The notes: generated by a model not told the origin, from the letters alone. A stretch of DNA of 64,000 nt from Candidatus Cloacimonadota bacterium (GCA_018334695.1 JAGXLO010000002.1:2242-66241), one strand, 5' to 3'; shown: positions 20,815 through 31,550, numbered from the stretch's first letter. Program-made: numbers and translations.

Positions 20815-20901
20815 AATACCCCAGCTTTTATACCAGGTCACTTAAGATATTTTTTCAAAAAATTGACGAGAATTTACAGCTTCTAAACTTTTACCAATCA
20901 A

Positions 20902-21591
20902 ATGAGTAAAAATGAGCATTTTGTTATTGCTATAGATGGACCGGCAAGTTCGGGTAAAAGCACAATCGCCAAAAACCTGGCGAGAAAGCTGGACTGTATC
21001 TATATTGATAGTGGGGCTATGTATAGAGCAGTAGGTCTATTTATAAGAGAAAATAATGTTGATGTTGATGCTGAAAAAAAAGTGAAGGAAAAATTACCTG
21101 AGATTTCAATAAGAATCGAAAATGCTAAAGACGGAGCTACTAATATTGTTTTTCTGAATGAAGTTAACGTGACAGAACAAATAAGACAGCCCATTATATC
21201 GCAATATGCTTCCATAGTTGCCAAATACGGCTCTGTTAGGAAGAAATTGGTACAGCTTCAGAGGAAAATTGCTCAGAAGCAGTCCGTTGTTATGGACGGT
21301 AGAGATATTGGGACAGTAGTATTTCCCAATGCCGATTTTAAATTTTTTATAACAGCTTCTAGCAAAGAAAGAGCAAACCGTAGATGGAAAGAGATAAAAG
21401 ATAAAGGCGAAAAAAAGTCATATGAACAAGTTTTGCAGGAACTCAAAGGAAGAGACAAGAGAGATAGCTCGCGTCAAATTGCTCCTCTTAGGAAACCGCA
21501 TGATGCTATTGAAATTGATACTACTAATTTAACAATAGGTGAGCAAACCCAAATTTTATATGAAAAAATTAAAGAGAAATTAGCAAGGTGA
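20902..21591 (+). CDS. cmk: cytidylate kinase
   Basis: IAIDGPASSGKSTIAK P-loop, YIDSGAMYRA, and the cmk-rpsA neighbourhood. Confidence 0.85.
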   Translation: MSKNEHFVIAIDGPASSGKSTIAKNLARKLDCIYIDSGAMYRAVGLFIRENNVDVDAEKKVKEKLPEISIRIENAKDGATNIVFLNEVNVTEQIRQPIISQYASIVAKYGSVRKKLVQLQRKIAQKQSVVMDGRDIGTVVFPNADFKFFITASSKERANRRWKEIKDKGEKKSYEQVLQELKGRDKRDSSRQIAPLRKPHDAIEIDTTNLTIGEQTQILYEKIKEKLAR

Positions 21592-22181
21592 AGATGAAAA
21601 TTCGTTACTGGCTGGCACAACGTTTTTTTGGATTCATTATGAAAGTTTTCTGGAATTCCGAAATAAGAGGATTGGACAAAGTTGATTCCACACAGGGAGT
21701 TATTGTATGTGCCAATCATACCAGCTTTTTGGATCCACCTTTTCTGGGAACAGTATTTCCTTACGAAGCATATTATGTGGCAAAAATGGAATTGTTTAAT
21801 AATAAAATTTTAGGAAAAATAATCTCATATTTTAATGCCTTTCCCATAAAACGAAAAGGTTTTGTCAGGGAAGCTATTATCAAAAGTGAAAATATTCTTA
21901 ATCAGAAAAAGAATCTGATAATGTTTCCTGAGGGCAGCCGCAAATCTACTGTAGCAAAAGCCGGTATAGCCAGGATCGCAGTTAATACTGATTGTAAAAT
22001 TTATCCGGTCCAAGTTGAAAACATTGATAATTTTTGGGATTGTTTTTATCGAAAAAGAAAATTAACCTTTATTTTTAAAAAACCCTTTGAACCCGGGTGG
22101 TACAAATCATATACTGAAAAAGATAAAAAGATCAAATACAAAAAACTGGCAGGTGTTATTCTAAAAAGAATAAGAGATTAA
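21588..22181 (+). CDS. plsC: 1-acyl-sn-glycerol-3-phosphate acyltransferase
   Basis: Acyltransferase motifs NHTSFLDP (HX4D) and FPEGSR. 4-nt overlap with cmk. Confidence 0.75.
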   Translation: MKMKIRYWLAQRFFGFIMKVFWNSEIRGLDKVDSTQGVIVCANHTSFLDPPFLGTVFPYEAYYVAKMELFNNKILGKIISYFNAFPIKRKGFVREAIIKSENILNQKKNLIMFPEGSRKSTVAKAGIARIAVNTDCKIYPVQVENIDNFWDCFYRKRKLTFIFKKPFEPGWYKSYTEKDKKIKYKKLAGVILKRIRD

Positions 22182-22184
22182 ACT

Positions 22185-23036
22185 ATGAAACTAAAAATCA
22201 TGGAGAATTCGGGCTTTTGTTTTGGAGTTAGAAGAGCAATTGATATTGCCAAAAATGCTACTAAGAAATACGAAAAGGTAGTAACCCTGGGCCCCATAAT
22301 TCATAATCCGCAAATGGTTGAATATCTTAGGAAAAAAGGATTGAGATATATTAATAATATCTCAGAAATAAACGATGAAGCCGTTGTTATACGTTCACAT
22401 GGAATTACCTATGATGATTATAAAAAATTGAAAAATATGGACGTTAAAATAGTTGATGCAACCTGTCCGATAGTAAAAAAAGCACAAAAATTTGCGCAAA
22501 AATTGACAAAAGAAGGCTACCAATTGGTTGTTCTGGGAGATAAATATCACCCTGAAGTTGAAGCTCTTTTAAGTTATGTAGATGATAGCTGTATAGTTGT
22601 AGCAGATATTGATAATGACCTGGAATTAAATAATGATAAAGTTGGTTTGATAGCTCAAACTACTCAAAGTGAAACTAAATTTGAACAGCTGGCTTACAAG
22701 TTGATCTCTAAGACTTATGAGTTGCGTATAGTAAGGACTATCTGTAATGCAACAAAATTAAGACAGGAAAAAACGGCTAAGCTGGCTAAAAAATCTGATT
22801 TGATGATTGTAGTCGGCGGTAAAAATAGTGCTAATACTACCCGTCTGGCAGAGATCTCAGCTGAAAATGGTTGTGAAACTCATCATATTGAAGTTGCTAA
22901 TGAGATTGATTTTAATTGGTTTAAAGGAAAAATGAAGATTGGCTTGACAGCTGGAGCTTCAACACCAGATTGGATTATTAATAAAGTGAAAAATAATTTA
23001 AAAAAATATATAGAAAATGAGGATAAAAACAGTTAA
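22185..23036 (+). CDS. ispH: 4-hydroxy-3-methylbut-2-enyl diphosphate reductase
   Basis: IspH/LytB N-terminus GFCFGVRRAIDIA. Conserved Cys at about aa 12, 94, 192. Length 283 aa. Confidence 0.85.
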   Translation: MKLKIMENSGFCFGVRRAIDIAKNATKKYEKVVTLGPIIHNPQMVEYLRKKGLRYINNISEINDEAVVIRSHGITYDDYKKLKNMDVKIVDATCPIVKKAQKFAQKLTKEGYQLVVLGDKYHPEVEALLSYVDDSCIVVADIDNDLELNNDKVGLIAQTTQSETKFEQLAYKLISKTYELRIVRTICNATKLRQEKTAKLAKKSDLMIVVGGKNSANTTRLAEISAENGCETHHIEVANEIDFNWFKGKMKIGLTAGASTPDWIINKVKNNLKKYIENEDKNS

Positions 23037-23074
23037 TGTAAATATTAGGTGTCCTCAATAAAATCGGAGGAAAA

Positions 23075-25096
23075 ATGGATAATGTCAAAGAAAGCATTAC
23101 AAATGAAGAAATGAATGAAAATAAGGAGGTATTAGAAAAAAATAATAATACTTCTGAAGAAATTCCAGTAAAAGAAAAAACAGAAAATTCCAAAGAGGAT
23201 AAAACCTCTGAAGAGAATTCTAAGCTGGAAGAAGCTACAAACGAAGATCAGGAAACAAAAGAAGAAACAGCAGATGACGCAGAAAATGTTAAGGCTCAAG
23301 AAGAAAAAGTAGAAGAAGGCAAACCGGAAAAAGAAGTAAAAGCAGAAGAAACTGAAGATAAGACAGAAGAAGATGTTGATTCAGAAGAAGCAATTGGAGA
23401 AGAAGAAAAGTCCCAGTTCAAAAAAGAAATGGAAATGTACGAAAAGACAATGGAAACAGTCAAAAAAGGTAATGTTGTGGAAGGTGAAATTATTAGAATT
23501 GATGAACCTCAAGTTCTTGTTGATATTGGTTATAAAGCAGAAGGTGTAATTCCAATTTCTGAATTCAAAAATGAAAAGCCTGTAGAGGGTGATAAAGTAT
23601 CTGTATATATTGTTTCCAAAGAGGATAAGAAAACTGGTAGACCACGGCTCTCCAAGAGAAAAGCCGATGTTCGTAAAACCTGGAATAATCTGGAAGAAGC
23701 TAATAAAAAGGATGAGTTAATAAGAGTTCATATTGATAAACGAGTAAAAGGTGGTTTGATTGCAAATCATAACGGAATACAGTGTTTCCTACCAGCTTCC
23801 CAAGTATCAACAAAAAAAATACCGAATTTGGACCATTTTATTGATGAAGAATTCGATGTAAAAATAATTAATTTCAATCGACCAAAAAGCAATATTGTTA
23901 TTTCACGCAAACTAGTTCTGCAAAAAGAAAGAATCAGAAAAAAGAAAAAATTGATGGATAAACTGGAAGAAGGAAAAGAAGTTGATGGTGAAGTTAAAAA
24001 TATTATGGATTATGGCGTATTTGTTGATCTCGGTGGAATTGATGGCCTTGTTCATGTTTCTGATATGTCATGGGGTCACATCAATCATCCTTCTGAAATG
24101 CTTAGTATCGGGGATAAAGTAAAAGTGAAAGTCCTTTCTTTTGATAAAGAAAAAGAAAAAGTATCACTGGGAATTAAACAATTAGTTCCCCATCCTTGGA
24201 AAAATATTGAAATTAAGTATCCGGAAGGCTCAAAAGTTAAAGGCGTTGTCACTAATCTAACTACTTATGGTGCTTTTGTTGAACTGGAAAAAGGTGTAGA
24301 AGGATTAATCCACGTTAGTGAAATGTCCTGGACTAAAAAAGTTACGCATCCCAAACAAGTTGTTAATGTTGGAGATGAAGTCGAAACTATCGTTCTTAAA
24401 ATTGATAAAGAAGAACATCGTATCTCTCTGGGATTAAAACAGATAGAACCCAATCCCTGGCTTACTATTGATGTTCTGCACCCCAAAGGCTCTACGGTTA
24501 CCGGTAAAATTAAGAATATTACAGAGTTTGGCGCTTTCATGGAAGTAGCTGATGATATTGATGGACTAATTCATATATCTGATATTTCCTGGACCAAAAG
24601 AATAATGCATCCCAAAGAAGTGCTAAGCGTAGGTCAGGAAGTTACCGCCAAAGTTCTCTCTATTGATAAAGTTATGCAGAGAATCGCTCTGGGAATTAAA
24701 CAACTGGAACCAGATCCCTGGGAAGGTATCGAAGAAAAAATGCCGTTGAATTCTGAACACGAAGTTTCTATTTCTACAATTATTGATAAGGGAGCTATTG
24801 TAAAAACTGAAAAAGGTATTGAAGGCTTTGTTCCTACTTCTCATCTGGGAATTCCCGGATTGCAGGAGCCTGAATTAGCTTTTGATAAAGGTGAAAAGAT
24901 TCCTGTTAAAGTTATTGAAGTTGATAAAAATAACAGAAGACTTATTCTAAGTGTAAAAACCTATTTCTTTGGTAGAGAAGAGAATAAAGTTAATCAATTC
25001 GTGAAGGATCATCTCAAAAAAATTCGAGAAAATAGAGAAAAAAGAAATAAAGATAGACGAGAAGAACGACAAGATGATAACACAGCTGATGCTTAA
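23075..25096 (+). CDS. rpsA: 30S ribosomal protein S1 with about 115-aa acidic N-terminal extension
   Basis: Multiple S1 domains (repeated GxV.G.V....YGAFV..... GLIH.S.... motifs). Downstream of cmk and ispH, as is common. Confidence 0.85.
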   Translation: MDNVKESITNEEMNENKEVLEKNNNTSEEIPVKEKTENSKEDKTSEENSKLEEATNEDQETKEETADDAENVKAQEEKVEEGKPEKEVKAEETEDKTEEDVDSEEAIGEEEKSQFKKEMEMYEKTMETVKKGNVVEGEIIRIDEPQVLVDIGYKAEGVIPISEFKNEKPVEGDKVSVYIVSKEDKKTGRPRLSKRKADVRKTWNNLEEANKKDELIRVHIDKRVKGGLIANHNGIQCFLPASQVSTKKIPNLDHFIDEEFDVKIINFNRPKSNIVISRKLVLQKERIRKKKKLMDKLEEGKEVDGEVKNIMDYGVFVDLGGIDGLVHVSDMSWGHINHPSEMLSIGDKVKVKVLSFDKEKEKVSLGIKQLVPHPWKNIEIKYPEGSKVKGVVTNLTTYGAFVELEKGVEGLIHVSEMSWTKKVTHPKQVVNVGDEVETIVLKIDKEEHRISLGLKQIEPNPWLTIDVLHPKGSTVTGKIKNITEFGAFMEVADDIDGLIHISDISWTKRIMHPKEVLSVGQEVTAKVLSIDKVMQRIALGIKQLEPDPWEGIEEKMPLNSEHEVSISTIIDKGAIVKTEKGIEGFVPTSHLGIPGLQEPELAFDKGEKIPVKVIEVDKNNRRLILSVKTYFFGREENKVNQFVKDHLKKIRENREKRNKDRREERQDDNTADA

Positions 25097-25121
25097 TTAA
25101 CTTAAGATAAAATTAAAAAAA

Positions 25122-25157
25122 AGGAAGACTTAGGTAAAGTCTTCCTTTTTTTATTTT
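25122..25157. terminator. bidirectional intrinsic terminator between rpsA (+) and EEP gene (-)
   Basis: Perfect 9-bp stem aggaagact / agtcttcct with a 7-nt loop. It is flanked by an A-run upstream and a T-run downstream, so it is a hairpin plus U-tract on both strands. Confidence 0.75.
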
Positions 25158-25173
25158 GTATACAAAGATCCTA

Positions 25174-26088
25174 TTACAAATCTGTATCAAGCTTTATTAG
25201 TACAGGTCTGTGATCGGAAACCGTATATTGATAATCTTCGTAATAGTCATCCAGTAATAAAGTCATAGTTGAACCACTTTCCCAGGCTTCAAATAGTTCA
25301 TTTGTAATCAGAATATGATCCAGGTGGCTGGGCCAGGAAGGATAAGACCAGCGGGAAATACTTCCTTTTGCAATTGCCATATCTGCAAATTGATAATTTG
25401 TTGAATCACTGATAAACTGCCAGAATACATTTTCACTTTCCGAATCAGTCAATGAATCATTCAGGTCGCCTAATAAAATCACTCTTTTGTTCGGATAATT
25501 ATCATCCATATAAACCTTAAGACTTTCACTGGCTGCTAATCTGCGTTCTTCATTTTCACTACCTCCACCTGCTTTTAGATGATTGTTAATTACTACATAA
25601 TTTTCTCCGTTATAATAGCAATCAATGACTTGCGGAGTTCGTGGGAAAGCCCACCAATCATCAGAAAAAATATTATTTATATTATCTACCGTTAGATGTT
25701 CCGTATTATAAATTACTGCCAAATTTATATCATAAGCTGCACCTGTAGACCTGTAACCTTCCCAAGCTTCTAGTGCTTCCACAATTTCATCAAATGCAGC
25801 TTCACTTTCTATCTCTTGCATAACAATCATATCTAAATCAAGTTCTCGAATGATCTCTATCACAGTTTCTACCGTTGCGTCGCCCTGCTTTGGAAAGTGT
25901 TCAATATTCCAGGTCATTACATCTAGTGTGGTGTCAGTACCAATATAAAGACTATCTATGGTGGGATCATGCCCGTTATTGTTTGTAACATTATTCTCAC
26001 CACAGCCGTAAATTATTAGCAAAGATAGAATTATTAATGTAAATATTGATTTGTTCTTATATAATCGATTTTTAGTTGTATCCAACAT
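25174..26088 (-). CDS. endonuclease/exonuclease/phosphatase (EEP) family lipoprotein
   Basis: Lipobox ...IIYGCG. EEP-fold motifs (MTWNIEHF, MQEIE, NNHLKAGGG, SDHRPV). Start overlaps the upstream LptD-like stop. Confidence 0.65.
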   Translation of the reverse strand: MLDTTKNRLYKNKSIFTLIILSLLIIYGCGENNVTNNNGHDPTIDSLYIGTDTTLDVMTWNIEHFPKQGDATVETVIEIIRELDLDMIVMQEIESEAAFDEIVEALEAWEGYRSTGAAYDINLAVIYNTEHLTVDNINNIFSDDWWAFPRTPQVIDCYYNGENYVVINNHLKAGGGSENEERRLAASESLKVYMDDNYPNKRVILLGDLNDSLTDSESENVFWQFISDSTNYQFADMAIAKGSISRWSYPSWPSHLDHILITNELFEAWESGSTMTLLLDDYYEDYQYTVSDHRPVLIKLDTDL

Positions 26089-26090
26089 TT

Positions 26091-28541
26091 TTACTCCCAG
26101 GCTTTGTGATCTGAATGCCTGAATTTCAAGTCAGGTAATTTTTTTACGAAAACTTTGAATGTATAAGACCAATAATCCCCAGATTTGTTCCAGCTAAAAT
26201 CCAATTGCCAGCAATGCAAATCCCGTTTTAAGTGAACTGATTGCGAAATCAATTCATTCTCTTTAAAATTATAATAATTACTATAAGTTATACTCCAGTT
26301 TTTTGTGATATTAAACATTGCATTTCCATGCAAATTTGAGCTGTAAGAGCCGCTTTCCAGATTCTTGTTATAGGAATAAGACATAGATAAATTCCAGGGC
26401 TTTGCCTTTACATCGGGATCGGAGGATATAAAGTTACTGTCTTTGGCATATACCAGTTCATCAAGCTTCTGTGGAGAATCATAGGGATAATAATCAATAT
26501 AATCCATATTTCCGTTTAAAGAAAATCTGGCAGATAAACTGTAGTTTTTTAAGTCTAACGTATAAAAATCCTGAGTGCAGCGGAATGAATTGGATAATTT
26601 TGCCTCAGGTTTAACTAATTTAAATTCAAAATCCATCACGTCTAAAGAATGTGTAATGTCACTAAAACCTTTGCCTTCTCTTTCAAAATCATAATTGAAG
26701 GAAGAATTGATGCCCAAAAGATTATTCAATTTCTTAATTTTTTCATCTGCACCAGTAATTTTTGCTTGCAATTTGTTAGAAAGAGAAAAATTAAGTTTTT
26801 GTGACCTGCTACCGGAAGAAATGGAAATACCGGAAAAAGAATAAAATCTGTCATTACGAGAAAAATCAGGATTCATACTGTAAACCACCGAAGGTGTTAG
26901 TATATGTCTCAAGGCTAATAAACCAAAACTGTTTATATTAAAGAGTCCATATAAAGAAGTCTTAAGCCTTGTCGAAGAATTATAGGAATAACCTCTTACA
27001 AATTTATTATTGTTTTTATCACGATCCTGCCATATTTCATGGTAATTAAAACTCTGATTTAAGTTAAAATATCTAAACAAATCGTCAATGTAACTTAATG
27101 TTATATTGTGCTTTACACCTTCTCGATGTTCGGACAGAAAAGCTCCTGTGGAATCATAGGTATCTTTATAAACTATTTCTGCAAGAGTAGGATTATTCCC
27201 TCTTACTAAACCATAATGAACTGCATCTCCATTGTATGAAAAGTTGAATTTTTTTAATAAATTTTTGCTGTCCACCTGATTTTCATAACCAAAAAGTTGA
27301 GCAAGATTTCTGCGATACATATTAAAGGTTAGTGACGGTAAAGTAAGAGTGGTTTTGTTCTCTTGCTCGGGATAAGTATCCACGTCAGCTCTGCTGGAAA
27401 TACTAAATCTATAAAAGTCTCCTGACGTGCTATAAGAGAATTTTCCCAGATAGCTGTCTTCATTGTCATCCAGTTCTCTTCTAAAATCGATTGCAGAATT
27501 AAAATTTGTTATGTCCTGATTAAAATTATAGTAGATATAGGAATGGAGTGATTGTTCCATTCTTATCTGGTTATCGTCACTTGTCTCACGAAAATCCGCA
27601 TCACTGATAAAATCCGATTTTATAGTTAGGTGGCTGTAAGGAGATAAGGTTTGTTTGTGGTATGAATCCAGTGACCAGCGCAGTTTGTAATTACCCTCTT
27701 CATCTTTGAATTGATAGAGAAAACGTCCGTTGAAATTACCATCAAGTACATATCTTTTTTTGTATCTGCCCCGCAGGCGCATTTGCACACCGGTTCTTTC
27801 CAAAAAGTCCATAGATAATAGGGCATCTCCGTATTGCCCAAATGTTTTGAAATAGGCGAAATTTCTTAAAAATTTTCCATCGCTGTTATTATAGCCTGGC
27901 TGTGGAACCAAAAAGCCTGATTCTCTGTTTCTATTAATGGGAAAAGTAGCAAAGGGTAAAGCCAAAACAGGGAAATGATTGATAAATAATATAACTGGCT
28001 TGGCAACTATTTTATCGTTCAAGAAAATTCTGAATTTAGGAGAATAGATATAATAATGCTTTGCAATATTGCAAGTTGTGTATTTAGCTTTATCAATATC
28101 AAAGGTTTTCTCTCCCACTTTTCGCATAACTCTACCGGAATAATATCCATCCTGAAATCTGGTGCGTCCTGCCGAAAGAATTCCTTCTTTTGTGCCAATA
28201 TCAAAGATCAATTTTTTCCCGTAGATTAACTGATTACCATCATACATTTCTGTAAGCCCTCTGGATGAAGCAATTTCTTTACTAATATCAATTTCAATTG
28301 TATCGGATTTTATGTAGGAATTTTTATAAAAGATAGCGGCTGAATTTAATAAATTTATGGTTTCTGCTTTATAATCATTAACAATAGTATCAGCTGTGTA
28401 GCGCAAAGAATCTAACCTGGTTTCTAAAGAATCAGCGATAGGGGCATCTGCATCCAAAGAATCTATCTCTGTTTCCTGAGAAAACAGAAATTGTGATTGA
28501 AAAATTAACAGGATTAGGAAAATATAAATTATTCTTTGCAT
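26091..28541 (-). CDS. lptD: LptD/OstA-like outer-membrane LPS-assembly protein (large beta-barrel)
   Basis: 816 aa. Signal peptide. N-terminal OstA-like beta-jellyroll region (KNSYIKSDTIEIDISKEIASSRG...KYTTCN). Long Tyr/Asn/Ser-rich barrel region. Confidence 0.45.
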   Translation of the reverse strand: MQRIIYIFLILLIFQSQFLFSQETEIDSLDADAPIADSLETRLDSLRYTADTIVNDYKAETINLLNSAAIFYKNSYIKSDTIEIDISKEIASSRGLTEMYDGNQLIYGKKLIFDIGTKEGILSAGRTRFQDGYYSGRVMRKVGEKTFDIDKAKYTTCNIAKHYYIYSPKFRIFLNDKIVAKPVILFINHFPVLALPFATFPINRNRESGFLVPQPGYNNSDGKFLRNFAYFKTFGQYGDALLSMDFLERTGVQMRLRGRYKKRYVLDGNFNGRFLYQFKDEEGNYKLRWSLDSYHKQTLSPYSHLTIKSDFISDADFRETSDDNQIRMEQSLHSYIYYNFNQDITNFNSAIDFRRELDDNEDSYLGKFSYSTSGDFYRFSISSRADVDTYPEQENKTTLTLPSLTFNMYRRNLAQLFGYENQVDSKNLLKKFNFSYNGDAVHYGLVRGNNPTLAEIVYKDTYDSTGAFLSEHREGVKHNITLSYIDDLFRYFNLNQSFNYHEIWQDRDKNNNKFVRGYSYNSSTRLKTSLYGLFNINSFGLLALRHILTPSVVYSMNPDFSRNDRFYSFSGISISSGSRSQKLNFSLSNKLQAKITGADEKIKKLNNLLGINSSFNYDFEREGKGFSDITHSLDVMDFEFKLVKPEAKLSNSFRCTQDFYTLDLKNYSLSARFSLNGNMDYIDYYPYDSPQKLDELVYAKDSNFISSDPDVKAKPWNLSMSYSYNKNLESGSYSSNLHGNAMFNITKNWSITYSNYYNFKENELISQSVHLKRDLHCWQLDFSWNKSGDYWSYTFKVFVKKLPDLKFRHSDHKAWE

Positions 28542-28900
28542 AACATTTTTTTGCTCAATACTCGTGATTTATGTCAAGATTATTGTATCTTCGTATCAAA
28601 AAAAATTAGTTTTTATGACAAAATAATATTGATTTTTACAAAAGCGAGAAGTAGTTTTAAAGAACTTGACAGAATTATTAGTTAGATAAATTAATATCAA
28701 AAACTTTATATAAACAAATTTGGAGGTTGGGTAAAATCCTGAGGGCACTTACAAAATTTTTTATGCAGTAAGTGTTAACATTTTGGATAACTCACACCTA
28801 CAGATTTGTTCAATAAACGGAGAATTATTCATCTGCAACTATTAAATATTTTTACAAAATTATGATTTCAAATTTCATTAAAATACAGAGGTAAAAAGTT

Positions 28901-29389
28901 ATGATACAACAAACACTTGTTCTTTTAAAACCAGATGCAGTACAAAGAGGATTTACCGGCAAAATAATTGAAAGATTCGAAAATGTCGGTCTTAAGATTG
29001 TTGCTATGAAAATGGTTAAAATCGATACTGCTCAGGCCGAAAAACACTATTTTGATATTGCTCAAAGACACGGAAAAAAGGTTTTGGATAGCCTCGTAGG
29101 ATATATTACACAAGGTCCTGTAATTGCTATGATATTGGAGGGTGTTAATGCTGTGGAAAATGTAAGAAAAATGGTGGGATCAACCTATCCAAACGAAGCA
29201 ACACCCGGTACTATTAGAGGAGACTATTCCCATATTTCCAAACAATATGCTAATGATAATAATAAAGTCATTAGTAATCTTATTCATGCCTCTGCCAAGC
29301 CCAAAGAAGCAGAATATGAGATAAAATTGTGGTTTAAAACCGAAGAAATCTACGATTATAAGATTACAGATGAAATGCATGTTATGTAG
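28901..29389 (+). CDS. ndk: nucleoside diphosphate kinase
   Basis: QQTLVLLKPDAVQRG, NxxHASD-type active-site His (NLIHAS). AGAGG RBS. Confidence 0.85.
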   Translation: MIQQTLVLLKPDAVQRGFTGKIIERFENVGLKIVAMKMVKIDTAQAEKHYFDIAQRHGKKVLDSLVGYITQGPVIAMILEGVNAVENVRKMVGSTYPNEATPGTIRGDYSHISKQYANDNNKVISNLIHASAKPKEAEYEIKLWFKTEEIYDYKITDEMHVM

Positions 29390-29499
29390 GATTAAAAGTA
29401 CGTTTTTTAAAACGCATAAGTTTATGGAAAATTCTTGACTCGTTAAGTTGTAATTAAAATTTATGTTAAAAATACATAATAAAAATTGGAGGAAACACA

Positions 29500-31485
29500 A
29501 TGACAAAAAAAGGAATTGATACACTATCAGGCGAAGGGAAAAAATTCCCGCCCCCAAAAAGTGTTCAGAAAAATGCCTACATTGATTCTGAAGAACAATA
29601 CAAGAAGATGTGGGAAAGATCTATTAAAGATCCGGATGGTTTTTGGTTGGAAAAAGCAAAATCCCTGGATTGGTTCAAAGAACCTACTAAAGGTTTGAAA
29701 TACAATTGGGATACAAAGAACCGTATAATCGAACATACATGGTTTGAAGACGGTAAACTCAATGTTAGTTATAACTGTCTTGATAGACACCTCGGCACAG
29801 ATAAAGAGAACAAGACCGCTATTTTATGGCAAGGTGAAGCAGAAGACCAAGTCAAAAAGTACACCTACAAAGAACTTCACAAAGAAGTTTGTAAATTTGC
29901 CAATGTTTTAAAATCAAAAGGTATAGAAAAAGGTGATAGAGTAGCAATATATATGCCAATGGTACCTGAACTTACTATCGTTATGCTGGCTTGTACCAGA
30001 ATTGGTGCCATTCACTCCATAATTTTTGGCGGATTTAGTTCAGACGCTATTCGTGGCAGAGTTAATGATGCTGATTGTAAAATGTTAATCACCTCAAACG
30101 TTTCGCTTAGAGCAGGAAAACACATTCCGCTCAAAGATATTTCAGACGAAGCACTCAAAGATACTCCTTCCATCGAAAATGTTATTGTGACAAAAGTAAA
30201 TGATGATCCCTGCCATATGGAAGAAGGAAGGGATTTCTGGTATCATGAACTCATGGAAGATGTCGATGAAGAATGTGAAGCAGTACCCATGAATGCAGAA
30301 GATCCACTCTTTATTCTTTATACCTCAGGTTCAACCGGAAAACCCAAAGGTGTTGTCCACACTACTGGTGGCTACTTGCTTTATACCTCACTTACCCATA
30401 AACTTATTTTTAATATCCACGATGATGATGTCTATTGGTGTACCGCAGATATCGGTTGGATAACCGGTCACAGTTATATTGTTTATGGACCTTTAGCCAA
30501 CGGCTCCACTTCTGTTATGTTTGAAGGTGTTCCTACTTATCCGGATGCCGGTCGCTTCTGGCATATTGTGGATAAATTTGGTATAACCGTTTTCTATACT
30601 GCTCCCACAGCAATTAGAGCCCTGATGAAATTAGGAGATGAATGGGTAGAAAAATATGACCTTGATTCTCTTAGAATTCTCGGCACGGTGGGCGAACCCA
30701 TTAACCCCGAAGCATGGATGTGGTATTACAAAAAGGTAGGACACGAGAACTGTCCTATAGTGGATACCTGGTGGCAGACAGAAACTGGTGGATTTATGAT
30801 CACACCTCTTCCGGGTGCCTTTACACTTAAACCCGGTAGTGCTTCCAAGCCCTTCTTTGGCGTGGAAACAGCTGTACTTAGAGATGACGGAACAGAATGT
30901 GATGTTAACGAAGGTGGAAAACTCTGCATTCGTAAACCATGGCCTGCTATGATGAGAACTATGTGGGGTGATCACGAACGCTTTATCGACACATATTTCT
31001 CCATGTATAACGATATCTACTTTGCCGGTGACGGTTGCCGTATTGATGAAGATGGTGACCACTGGTTACTGGGAAGAATCGATGACGTTGTAAATGTATC
31101 AGGACACAGAATCGGTACTGCCGAGGTTGAAAGTGCTCTTGTAAGTCACGAAGCAGTAGCAGAAGCAGCTGTTACACCTGTACCCCACGATGTCAAAGGA
31201 CAGGGACTCTATGCCTTTGTTACTTTGGTCGGTGGTATAGAAGGAACAGAAGAGCTGAGAGATGAATTGATTAAGCATGTTAGATCAGAAATAGGTCCTA
31301 TTGCTACTCCTGAGCAAATACAGTGGGCTCCTTCTCTACCCAAAACTCGTTCCGGAAAAATTATGCGTAGAATTCTCAGAAAAATTGCAGAAAAGAGTAC
31401 TGATAATCTTGGTGATATTACAACATTGGCAGACCCAAGTGTTGTAGAAGAATTAATCGAAGATCGAAATTCAATGGAAGAATAA
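29500..31485 (+). CDS. acs: acetyl-CoA synthetase (acetate--CoA ligase, AMP-forming)
   Basis: 661 aa. AMP-binding motif YTSGSTGKPKG. The Acs-specific N-terminal region and C-terminal ...SGKIMRR are conserved. Confidence 0.85.
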   Translation: MTKKGIDTLSGEGKKFPPPKSVQKNAYIDSEEQYKKMWERSIKDPDGFWLEKAKSLDWFKEPTKGLKYNWDTKNRIIEHTWFEDGKLNVSYNCLDRHLGTDKENKTAILWQGEAEDQVKKYTYKELHKEVCKFANVLKSKGIEKGDRVAIYMPMVPELTIVMLACTRIGAIHSIIFGGFSSDAIRGRVNDADCKMLITSNVSLRAGKHIPLKDISDEALKDTPSIENVIVTKVNDDPCHMEEGRDFWYHELMEDVDEECEAVPMNAEDPLFILYTSGSTGKPKGVVHTTGGYLLYTSLTHKLIFNIHDDDVYWCTADIGWITGHSYIVYGPLANGSTSVMFEGVPTYPDAGRFWHIVDKFGITVFYTAPTAIRALMKLGDEWVEKYDLDSLRILGTVGEPINPEAWMWYYKKVGHENCPIVDTWWQTETGGFMITPLPGAFTLKPGSASKPFFGVETAVLRDDGTECDVNEGGKLCIRKPWPAMMRTMWGDHERFIDTYFSMYNDIYFAGDGCRIDEDGDHWLLGRIDDVVNVSGHRIGTAEVESALVSHEAVAEAAVTPVPHDVKGQGLYAFVTLVGGIEGTEELRDELIKHVRSEIGPIATPEQIQWAPSLPKTRSGKIMRRILRKIAEKSTDNLGDITTLADPSVVEELIEDRNSMEE

Positions 31486-31503
31486 AATCAAATAAAACTA
31501 TAA

Positions 31504-31535
31504 CCGGGATCTCGTCTTGAGATTCCGGTTTTTTC
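31504..31535 (+). terminator. intrinsic terminator after acs
   Basis: Stem ccgggatctc / gagattccgg (one G.U wobble), 5-nt loop, followed by TTTTTT. Confidence 0.65.
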
Positions 31536-31550
31536 AAAAAGGAGACAGAA

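Noticed and set aside
29516-31062. Several 60-143 aa ORFs on both strands overlapping acs
   Set aside because: They are embedded in a strongly supported acetyl-CoA synthetase CDS. They contain no recognisable domains.
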